64,000 nucleotides of DNA from positions 1-64,000 of the IMG/VR virus record IMGVR_UViG_3300001525_000075, one strand, 5' to 3'. A program made the position numbers and the translations under genes. Positions 27,301 to 37,804 of this stretch are shown one piece after another. Source of the DNA: a virus (Duplodnaviria; Caudoviricetes). How positions within the stretch are numbered: the first letter of the stretch is position 1; each line of letters begins with the position of its first letter. The notes beneath the pieces are model-generated. The model worked only from the letters and a program-made list of their open reading frames with translations. It was not told where the DNA came from and did not search any database.

Positions 27301-28614
27301 TCAAGTACAGATTATAAATATGACGAACTCCCTAATTTATATGAAATGTTAATTAACGATTCGGGTAATTTAAGAGTCAATCTTAACATGAATGAAAATA
27401 TAGAAGGGGGTAGTTATGCATTTTGGTCTACTTGTACAGCTGAACAATTTAAAACTATTATAAGTAAAATTGCAGAAAATCAATCTACTAGTAGTTCTGC
27501 TTCTCTTAATTACATATTACAAAAAACTATAGTTACTGATGCAGATTCTAATATATTAGATTATCAGTTAAGCACTTTTAAGAATTTGCTTTATTCTTTT
27601 AAAGATTGTATTTTTGAAGATAGTAATGGAGAAATAGTTTATCTAGATTTAACAAATGCGTTTAAAACAAATAGTACTGATTCCAAATACAAAACAGTAA
27701 AAAGATTAGACTATTGTTTTATGAACTGCTATCTAAATAGATTCACAAAAAGATTAGGTATTTAGAATGTAGAAAATATGTTATACTGTTTCTACAACGT
27801 TAATTGGAGAATTGACAGTTTTGGTAATACTGTTTCTGTTTGGGAACCTAGTCACTTATATAAAATTATTGTTTCTTCTGAAGACAAATTTATTCTATTA
27901 CCTGAAAATTTCTTTAAAATTTGTGCTGCTAATTGTCAAATGCAATATTGTTTTGCTGCGTCAAGTTTTTCACAAACTAGTTTATACGGTTATCTTCCTA
28001 AAGAAGATACATTAGGTTTAACCGATGCTATATCAAAAGGAGTTTCTGTAGATAATATATTTTAGAATATAAGACTAATATATCATTATGTACCTGATTC
28101 AACCGAAGAGCAAACTGTATTTTTCTTTCCCAAATGGTATAATATATTAAGTTTTAATAATAAATATATGGTTTATATACCTACATCACCTAATGATGAA
28201 ACTAAAGTATATTTATTTGAAGATAGTACAGTATATGGTTCATATGATTAGTTACCTTAGTTACCTCCTTCTGATGGACAAAGTACTGCAAGAATGTGTG
28301 ATAGATTAGCAACAAAGGAACGAGATACTCATATTTTATAGCCTTATCCTTCTGCTTCAAGTTTACCTGCTATTTCAGGTACAACTTATAAAAATGCAAT
28401 ACCTTATACATTAGCTTTAATATTAACATTTGATGGCTCAATTACAACAGTAATTGAAAACTTTGATACAGCATCAAGTAAAATCCAAAGTAATTCTACT
28501 CCTGTTTGTCAAAACGGTGGTGATCCTGAATGGTAGGGCTATTGTTTTGGTGGAAGTGGTGGTGATACATCTACTATAGTATCTAGTACAGTTAGTTCAT
28601 ATATATTCGGATAA
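21349..28614 (+). CDS. Giant tail-associated protein with CotH-kinase-like and LRR/BspA-like regions (2421 aa, code 15)
   Basis: Twelve track ORFs are all in frame 1 and the gaps contain only TAG stops. Motifs: YQGSSTLLYSCKNF, FNLKADLVDSSHSNN, FLGIYSLN, IDIESAVKYY...VDSV(Q)KNL...WYPEFYDMDTAFG, and TDMSRMFA. Confidence 0.85.
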
Positions 28615-28615
28615 T

Positions 28616-30403
28616 ATGTCAATTAATAAAAACATTTCAGTTTGGAGGGGTAATTCTTCCCCTCCAACTGATTTTCATTTATGGGAATTGCCTGATGGCA
28701 CATTAAAGTCATTTGTTGATAACAAATGGCAAGTGATAATATCTCCTGAGATATTAGATAAGATTAAAAATAATATTTTAGATTTAGGTACTTTTAATAC
28801 ATCAGGTGAAGCAGAAGCTTATGCTGCTAAATCTGAAATTTGTAGAAATACTAATGCTTTACTATTGCTTTACAAAGTAGGTAATGCTAACGGTATTATT
28901 ATCCAACAAGTTGGAGAAAATAATACTTATCAAAAATTAATTTGGAAGAATACACAATATTCAAGATTGATTCCTGTTAATTCTGAACCCAAAGCTTGGA
29001 CTCAGACTAATATGGATACATTAAAATGGAATTCTAGTGAAAATAAGTATGATTTCTATTATTTAGATAAAAAAGTAAGTGGTCATACAGATTCTATTCC
29101 TAATGCAGATTCTTCTAAAAATGGATTATTAAATGTATCTAATACAGATATTTTATCGCAAGTAAATTCTGACGGAGATTAGGATATACAATTATAGATT
29201 AACGGTGTTACTAAAAGTAAAGTAAGAATTCAAGGTTTAGATAATAGTACTAAATCTTTAATTAATAATTCTTTAAATTCTTTAATAGTAACTTCTGAAG
29301 ATAAAAGTACTAAAATAGTATATACTATTAAAGGTAAAACTAATTCAGATTCTTATACTACACCTTATACTATAGATGTACCTAAAGATACTTCTATTAA
29401 AACTGTAGAATTAGCTGATACTAATGCCACAGTAGATTTAAATGGTAATATAATTCCAGGTTCTCCTCTTGGTGAAACAGCATTAAGTATTGTTTACATT
29501 CTTGCTGATCAATCTTATAAGATTGTTAATATAAATCTTTCTAAATTTATAGAAGAAGCTGAATTTAAAGATGGGTTACAAGTAGTCGATCATAAGGTTA
29601 GTGTAAAACTAGATTCTAGTACAGAACCTTATATTTCTGTATCATCTGACGGAATTAAATTATCAGGAATTAAAGATACTGTAGATAAAATGAGTAGTAT
29701 ATATAATGGAAATCCTGAATTGGTTACACCTACTTTAAGTGGTAATTGGAAAATCTATAAAAATGACGGTGTTACTGAAGTGACAGGATTATCATTTCCT
29801 ATAGAACAAGGTTATAAAGCACAATATACAGGAACTTGGAAATGGAATACTGTGAGTGGTAAAAAAGATCCCATAAGTACTTCAGGTTCTTGGGGTACAA
29901 CTTTACCTGCTTCGGGAGTAAATTCCAGTACTTATACTTCACCTGTATATACATCTAGTGCTACTATATCTCAAACTATTTATGCTCCTAAATATGGATT
30001 AATGGTTAGTGGTTCTAACGTAGTTCCTGCAAGTGGTAATGATTCTAAATCAGCTAGTACTTCTTGTTCATTCTCTACCAAAGTATTTTACGGAGTTAAT
30101 ACTAATAATTCAGCGTCGGGAGATGTGACTACTATATTAAATACACTTACTTCTACTTTAGGTGGAAAAGCTAGAACTGTTAATAACGTAACTGCCGACA
30201 CTTCTAACTATTACTGGTATTCTTATCCTAAATCTTTAGGAGTCTTAACATCAATTATTCAAAATGGTGCTGCTCCTATTTTAGAAGATTTTAATAAATA
30301 TGAAGTATCTTATACAAGTAATTCGGGAGCTACTTTTGATTATTATTTGTATATATCTAAGAATAAAGGTGCTTTTAGTAATGTTTCACTTAAATTTGAA
30401 TAA
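28616..30403 (+). CDS. Tail fibre-type protein (595 aa, code 15)
   Basis: Joins track ORFs 28616..29182 and 29690..30403 through two TAGs; Ser/Thr-rich, with a YYWYSYPKSLG C-terminal domain. Confidence 0.75.
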
Positions 30404-30405
30404 TT

Positions 30406-30933
30406 ATGGCAAAATATCCAGGAACATTAGAAACTAACAATATTAATGAATATGGTATTGTTAAAGCAGATCAAATTTAGGGTCATAGAGTTGTAGAAAA
30501 TTTTTCCGATTTAACTAAACTAACTCCTGCGCAAGTAAGTATAGATAAAACTAACGATAGTAGCAAGGGGTCAATATGGTATTCAAAAAATGATAATCAA
30601 TTTTATTATTTAGGTGGAACTTGGGATAACGGGAGTCCAACTAATATTAACAATTGGCATCCTGTTTTAACTTTTTTAGCCACGACTCCTTACGGTTATG
30701 TCAAAAATTATGAACCGATTCAATATATATTAGGACGTTCAGAAAAGATAAATATTCATGGGATTAACACAATTAACGGTTTTATGTTTGATGGCTCAGC
30801 AGCTGACTCTGTTTTAACTAAATCCCAAATAGAAAATTTAATGTCAACATACGTAAATCCTTCTGATTACTTACAAATGAGTAATTATTTAACTGAATCT
30901 GATATTAATAACATAATAGCAAATTGTGTATAA
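30406..30933 (+). CDS. Hypothetical tail-module protein (175 aa, code 15)
   Basis: ATG 30406 to TAA 30931 with one TAG; missing from the ORF track. Confidence 0.7.
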
Positions 30934-31814
30934 TGAAAATAAGCATAATAATGTCTGCATATAATGCAGAAATGACAATAAGAAAAGCGATTGATTCTTG
31001 TTTAAATCAAACGCATGATGATATAGAATTAATAATAATTGATGATTGTTCTACAGATAAAACTAGAGAAATAATCAATTCTTATAATGATGATAGAATA
31101 ATTCTAGTAACTCATGAAACTAATATGGGTGCAGGATGGGCTAGACATGATGGATTAAAGAAAGTTACAGGAGATTATGTTACTTTTTGTGATTCTGATG
31201 ATTGGTATGATCTTACTTATATAGAAGATGTATTAAAATACACAGAACACGAAGGTATTCCTGTAGATATTATTTCTTGTGGTATGAGAATACACAAAGA
31301 CGATAAAGTTATAGATCGAATGCCTGATGAAGTATTTCTAACAGATAACCTGTTTCATACTGATAAAGCTGATACTTGCAGATTTATGAATTTATCTTTT
31401 ATTAAAAAAGAATTGTGGGATAAAGTTAAATATAGTACTAGAAGATATATTGAAGATTCTCCTACTTGGATTAAAATAATAGCTTTAGCTAAAAATAGAT
31501 TGGTAGTTCCTTGTATCGGATACCATTATTATCAAAGAGCTGATTCTTTAATTCACACGGCATCTCCTTATAAAACAGGAATATTTCAAGTATTATGTGC
31601 TATTGACACTTATAAATGGTTTAAAGAAAATAATTTAAAATCTCAAATAGATTTTAAAACAGTATTATGGAAATTAATTGAAAACAATTTTAATACATTT
31701 TCTTTAAATGATTTTAATCTTACATCTGAAGTAAAAGAAATTCAAGATTTTATTAACGATGAAATTAAAAATTTATTATGTCTGAACGAAAATACTTAGA
31801 TGAATCGGGCTTAA
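30933..31814 (+). CDS. Family 2 glycosyltransferase (GT-A fold)
   Basis: KISIIMSAYNAE...CLNQT...ELIIIDDCSTD, GAGWARHDGL, and DxD motif FCDSDD. Ends at TAG 31797 in the standard code or TAA 31812 in code 15. Confidence 0.92.
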
Positions 31815-33700
31815 AACAGGTATTTAAATATATTACTGATTCGACTGAAGGTTATACATATTGTACATATTGGTTTGAGAGCACATATCTAAAAAACACT
31901 ACAATATCTTTAATAGATAATTTATTAAAGAAAAAATTGATATCTCAACCTATATATTTAACACAAACTGATGGATCGATAAATAATCTTTCACAGTATT
32001 CTTTGGAAACTAATTTTTCTCCAGGTGATAGAACTATTCCTAATTTTCTTGTTTATAGTCTTAATAGCAACGATTCAGTTGGTATTTCACCAATGTCTTT
32101 ATATTAGGCTGGTACAAATTCAACAGTTGGAATATATAATTACGCTGATAAAATACGTAATGTTTCAGGTGATTCAGATAAATGTATTACTACTGCTGGA
32201 ATTGCTCTTGGTTCAAATCTCAATCGAAATTATATTAAACAGCCATTGTTTTATTTAAATAATTAGGATAGATGTGTAAAACCTTATTTTCCTTATATAA
32301 AAGAAACTCAGTATAAATCTGATCCCAAAATATTAGGATATACAGAATTTTATCCTGATAGTGGAGATCCGATATTTAGTCTCCTTCAACCTAGTGAAGT
32401 ATTTAAAATAAATACAAATAATGAGGATATTGAATACTATGGTAAATTACAATTTGCCAACCGAGATAATTACATAATTCTTAGAAAGAATCCAACAAGT
32501 GTTTCTACCACACAATATCGTTTTGGAAATAATTCTTCAAATTTGAAGAAAACTACCACAATGGTTATTACTTATAAGACTGCAAGTGTAGAATATACAG
32601 GAACTTATTCTACAAGCGTTTCTTATGAACATGATAAAGAAGTAGTTAAAGCATTATTAGCAAATTCTACAATTGCGTCTGATTGGGAAGTTGATTCTAC
32701 AGGTACGATTTTGATAGCAAAAAATAGTAATGTAGAAGATTTTAACATAGCTTTTAAAAGTGCATTAGATACCGTTTCTCCATTTGCTTGGCAGAAGAGT
32801 ACAACTACTGTAACTAAAAATGTGTTATTACAATCTGCAATTAATACTGCTAATGCAATATACGAAATACGATATGATTTTGATTTAAATGATCAAACTA
32901 TTAATTTACCTGATAATTGTGTATTATATTTTAAAGGTGGTACATTTAATAATGGTACTTTAACTTTAAATGATGCTTATGTTGATTATAAAGATAAAGC
33001 ATTTAATAACATAACGTTTTCAGGTAATTATAAGAGTGAGGACAATAAATTAGGTTACGGAGCATATCTTAAATTAAAAGATGGAAGTTTAATTAAATCT
33101 GATAGCAATTTTAAAAATACTTATTCGTCAAATGAAGTAATAGGAATTGTATGTAAAACTAAAGATATTAATTTACTTATTCCTGCTACAACTTTAAAAT
33201 CAGCTTATTTCTGTAATGGAACTTCAACTTGTTCTGATGTAAGTACTATTGCAACAGCTAATATCGCTACTACTTATTTTGATGGATATAGTACTACTAA
33301 TTTATTAAAAAATAAATTAACTGCTGATTCTAATTGGGCTGTGAATTTAGCATATAATACCATGTTAGATGGCAGACATTGTTGGCTTCCTTCGATGGGT
33401 GAGCTAATGAATATTGTATCATTAAAGGATGAAATTGCAATCATACTTAATAAATTAGGAATTACTTGGAATTTTAATGAAATTTGGTCTAGTGCTTTAG
33501 CAACATTAAAAGATGGTACTGAATATATAAATTATGTATATGGATATTATTGGAAAACTAATGCTTATGATGGGTTTAATTGTCAAGGAGCTTATACAGT
33601 ATTACCTGTTACAACAGCAGAAGGTTCTGATTATCATCAAATGATTGATTATTTAACTCAATCTGATATAATAGGTATTGTTCAAAATAATATTAATTGA
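31778..33700 (+). CDS. Receptor-binding/tail fibre protein with C-terminal C-type-lectin-like (DUF1566-like) domain (640 aa, code 15)
   Basis: Joins 31778..32107 and 32543..33700 through TAGs. N-terminus KYLDESGL; IYEIRYDFDL lead-in; WLPSMGEL...WSS. Confidence 0.7.
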
Positions 33701-33702
33701 TT

Positions 33703-35373
33703 ATGGAATTTGTAACAAAATCAAATTTAACTAAATATACCACTTATCTAAATGAATATTTAAAGAAATATTATTAGCATTTAGATATTAATGGGTATCA
33801 ACAACAACCTAATATTACTGGAACTACTGTAGGAACATCAGGTAATGATAATTATTTAAGAGCTTCTATTCCTACAGGAACTACAGGTGAAAATTCACCC
33901 AATTGGTATTATGCTACTGATGGTAGTTTGTAGGATATTAGTACTAAAACTGTTGCTTCTGCTGATAAATTGAGTAATACTGTTAAAATATGGGGTAACG
34001 ATTTTGATGGTAGTAGTGATATTGACGGGGATATAACAATTAACGGTTCTATTATTGCATCCGACTCGCAATTAATTGACCTTGGTCTCACAAGTGGTAC
34101 ACTTTGGATGGACAGAAATGTAGGTGCAAGTAGTCCAGAAGATGCAGGTTTATATTTTGCTTGGGGTGAAACAACTGGTTATACTGCTGATGAAGTTGGT
34201 AAGACAAAACAGTTCAGTTGGGATGATTATAAGTATGGAAATAGTCTGACTAAGTATAATAAGACTGATGGTTTAACCACTTTGGAAACTACTGATGATG
34301 CGGTATTGCAGAATGTGCATAAGTACAGTATGCCTACTAAGGAGCAGATAGTTGAGCTTATCAAGGAAACTGATGTGTATTGCATTAAGGCAGATGGCAC
34401 TGAAGTACATGGCACATATCAAGAAGGCACTGGTGCAGGTGGCCGAATGATTGCTTGGGATAGTGAAATCGGTGATGATGAGCAGCTTAACGGTATTGAG
34501 TTTAGAAAGAAAACGGATAATTCAATCAAGGTTTTCGTTCCTTGTGCAGGCAATGGCTATGAAGGCTCTATGTACGATGTTGGCTTGAGTTGTTTCTTGT
34601 GGGCTAGCTCTTTGAATGGGGATGGTCCTTACGATGCTTGGAGCTTGGGCTTCTATTACCGTGGTGGCTACTGTGTCAGCGGCAACGGTCGCTGTATCGG
34701 TCTTCCTGTGCGAGGTGTGGCAACACCAGTAGAAGGTTCTAAAACATATACTCTTCCTTCATCAAGTGGTACATTAGCTTTAGACAACGTAGCTAGTACA
34801 ACCTCTAATGGATTAATGAGTTCTGAGGATAAAACTAATTTAGATGATCATTTAAAAAACTATGATAATCCTCATAAAGTCACTAAGAATCAGATAAATT
34901 TAGGCAATGTAGATAACACATCAGATTCTTAGAAAAATGTATTATCTGCAACTAAATTAACTACAGTAAGAACCATTTGGGGACAATCGTTTGACGGAAC
35001 TGCTAATATTTCAGGTGATGCTACATATTTAATGAGCATTAATAATTCTGATGGTGATTCTGTTACTAGTATTAATAACGAACCTTCTAATACTAATCAT
35101 TTTATACAGTTTGGTAAATAGAATCGAGATTATGTATTATGGAATGAATACGGAGGGATTTGGAAATTTAATAGTGGAACCAACGGGGCTAATTTCCTTG
35201 TTCAATTAGGAAATACTAATTATTTTGCTAATAATATAGGTGTTGGAACAAGTTCTCCTTCGGAATCTATTCATACAACAGGAAATGTAAAAGCTTCTGA
35301 ATATAAATTAACTGATGGTTCTGTTTACGCTGAACCTAGTACTACTGATGACATAAATACTTTGTTTGAATGA
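33703..35373 (+). CDS. Tail fibre protein with internal CLec-fold domain (556 aa, code 15)
   Basis: TAG at 33775, 33931, 34930 and 35119. Contains IDLGLTSGTLWMDRNVGA...YFAWGET...GLPVRGV flanked by IWGxxFDG fibre repeats. Confidence 0.8.
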
Positions 35374-37355
35374 AATATGTATCTAAAGACAATCTGACAC
35401 AATATGATTCTTTAATTAAAGAATATATTAAAAATAGAACTCAAGATATTGATGATATTTTCAGTTATGGTGTAACTTGGAAAGTTAATCAAGCAGATCC
35501 TCATGTTACTAGAATAGGAAATATGAATTATCACAAAACTCTTCCTATTCAAAGTAATATGAGAGGATGTATTGTTCAATTTACAAGTGGTAAACCTTCA
35601 GTTCAATATTATTTAAATCCTGATGATTGGAGATTTATGCCAAGTGGTAAAGCTGTGACAATTACAAGCTATACTAGAACTGATAATACTATAACAAATA
35701 CTACATATTTTTCAGATCATAAATATGAATATTCTTGGATTAAATATTATAATTCAGATAATTCAAGTTATACTGAAATGTGGATTGGTAGTATTGATAT
35801 TAGTACAGGTACCGCAACATTATATGCTGATGAAGATAAAAATACTATAGATGACTCAGTTTGGTTAAGTTCAAACCCTAAAATAGAATTGGGAACTTCT
35901 CTTAATGGATTTGACGGTCAGGTTATGGTAGAAATTCCTGAATTTTGGATTAAATCTAAACAAACTGATACAGATAATGAAGTTAGAATTTATACTGCGC
36001 CTGTAGTTGAAAATTTAACGCATTAGAAGAAATGTTATCTTGCAGCATATCACATGAGTACTTTAAATAGTGCTGTAACGAATTGGGGTTATCTTAGTAC
36101 ATTTAAATCATTTCCTGTTGGTTTAAGTATTAAAAATTATAATTCTGCTTGTAGAGGTGGAAATCGTAATACACATTATGAAAATACTAATAGATATAGA
36201 TGTACTTTAGGTAAACCTGCAACAAGCTATAACCGTACTCAAGTTAGAACATATTGTAGATATAGTAATATTGAGAATATGAACTATGTTCAATACAAAA
36301 ATATATTGGTTTGGTTATGGGTTATTGAATATGCTAATAGATACTCACAAGAAACTTTTAATTCTTCCTTGACAACTGAAGGTTATCATCAAGGAGGTAT
36401 GGGAGCAGGTGTGTCAATAGTAGGAAATTGGAATTATTTAAATGAACAAAATCCTTGTATTACCAATGGATTTACTGATTCGTTAGGTAACAATTCAGGT
36501 TATATTACAGCTACTATTCCTTCGTTTGATTATACAAAATATTCTATTTGGTTTAATTCAATGGCTACAAATGGAAATGTTGTAGTATCTAGTAACGGAA
36601 GTAATAATTCTAAAGTAATTACTCAAGTGAAAGCGGTTACTAATTATGCATTTTATCATAATCCTGATAATGTTTGGGGAACTACAACTTATGTTATTAG
36701 TGGATTAACTGATGGACAAAGTGTATATTTCAGAGAAGGAAGTGGATTTACTACAGCTAATACAATATTAGAAGTAACTGAAGATGGTACTTATGACGTG
36801 TCTTGGCAAGGTTATAATACAGGTGGACAGAAGGGGGTATCTTTTGGTAAAGAACAAACTAGTTGTAATATTACAATTTATAATTCTAAACAAACAACAG
36901 CTGTTGTAACACAATCTCAACAAACTGTTCAAGTACCTAGATGGAGAGGTATAGAACAACCTTTTGGTGATATTTGGAATAGTATTGAAGGTGTTGCATT
37001 TGTAGTAGAAAATAGAAAAAAGAATATGTATTATACTACAGATCCTGACAAATATGTTGATTCTAATTTCTCTACAAATATGGAATTTCATGGTGAAATT
37101 CCACAGACTTCATATTGGATTTCTGAAATTGATTTATAGGAGAGCGCAGAAATAATTCCTAAAGCAGCTTGTAATAGCTCTAATACTTATTATACAGACT
37201 TTATTTGGGGGAATAATTCTACTAGTTGTGGTTTGTTGGTGGGTGTCAACGCCTGGGACGGGGCTCAGGGCGGCCTTTTCGGTTTCTTTTCGCGTTTCGG
37301 CGTTGGTCTTTCTTGGTCGCTTGTCGGGTTTCGCCCTTCGTATGAACTTTCATAA
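35370..37355 (+). CDS. DGR target protein (receptor-binding protein with C-terminal CLec variable region; 661 aa, code 15)
   Basis: Reads through TAG 36024 and 37137. Motifs GQVMVEIPEF, RWRGIEQPFGDIW and C-terminal GLLVGVNA..G..GGLFGF.S..GVG.SWSLVGFRP; the 3' end carries the VR. Confidence 0.88.
37227..37339 (+). repeat. DGR variable repeat (VR)
   Basis: 113-bp copy at the 3' end of the target gene; 100/113 identical to 37487-37599 with no gaps. Confidence 0.9.
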
Positions 37356-37397
37356 AACTGTTTTGCTGAAAATTAAATTTTTAATTTTATTGTAAAA

Positions 37398-37429
37398 TTT
37401 GTGTATATCTCGAAAATATAATACCTTAG
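37398..37429 (+). promoter_or_regulatory. Possible Bacteroidota-type promoter upstream of TR
   Basis: TTTG (37398-37401), a 20-nt spacer, then TAccTTAG (37422-37429), one mismatch from the TAnnTTTG consensus. Confidence 0.3.
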
Positions 37430-37486
37430 TAAATGTGAGTTAATCACACGGTTGCTACTGACAGTAAACTTGTGTCACATCAAAAG

Positions 37487-37599
37487 TGTGGTTTGTTGGT
37501 GGGTGCCAACGCCTAGAGCGGAGCTCATTGCGGCCTTTTCGCTTTCTATTCGCATTACGACGTTGGTCGTTCTTGGTCGCTTGTCGGGTTTCGCCCTTC
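37487..37599 (+). repeat. DGR template repeat (TR) position; adenine-poor
   Basis: Non-genic second copy (in-frame TGA at 37436) between the VR and the RT. 7 of its 10 adenines are substituted in the VR, but 6 further mismatches are at non-A bases. Confidence 0.8.
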
Positions 37600-37725
37600 C
37601 TAAAAGTAGTCTATAAAAATCGTTACCGTAGGGTTAGATAAGTGCAGTAGAACCTTACCTCTTGGTAAAAAATAAAGTTTACAGTGGGTGTAGATCCTAG
37701 TAGAGAAATCGAAAGGGTGTTAAAC
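37600..37725 (+). ncRNA. TR 3' spacer (sp) structured RNA element of the DGR
   Basis: Hairpin TTACC-TCTT-GGTAA (37655-37668) followed by an A-tract. It resembles the CCTTGCCTCTTGGCAAAAA element I recall downstream of Bacteroidota DGR TRs. Confidence 0.5.
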
Positions 37726-37804
37726 ACTACTTCAATAATATATAATTAAAAAATAGACTACTTTAAGACAATTCATTTTATTAACTAAATAAATTTTAAA
37801 AGTT

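Noticed and set aside
31797-31799. GT2 ending in TAG as proof of recent import from a standard-code genome
   Set aside because: The TAG arises from TTA-GAT of the overlapping downstream gene and a TAA follows five codons later, so it is uninformative.
9217-36026. Many short same-strand ORFs suggesting pseudogenes or a decaying prophage
   Set aside because: The fragments stay in one frame, are separated only by TAG and keep their catalytic motifs. Recoding explains them.
37369-37388. AT-only palindrome AAAATTAAA-TT-TTTAATTTT as the DGR post-IMH hairpin
   Set aside because: It has no G-C pairs, lies about 30 nt from the VR end, and is expected by chance at this AT content.
37227-37599. VR/TR pair as a CRISPR array or simple tandem duplication
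   Set aside because: There are only two 113-bp copies, no spacer periodicity and no cas genes, and an adjacent DGR-type RT is present.
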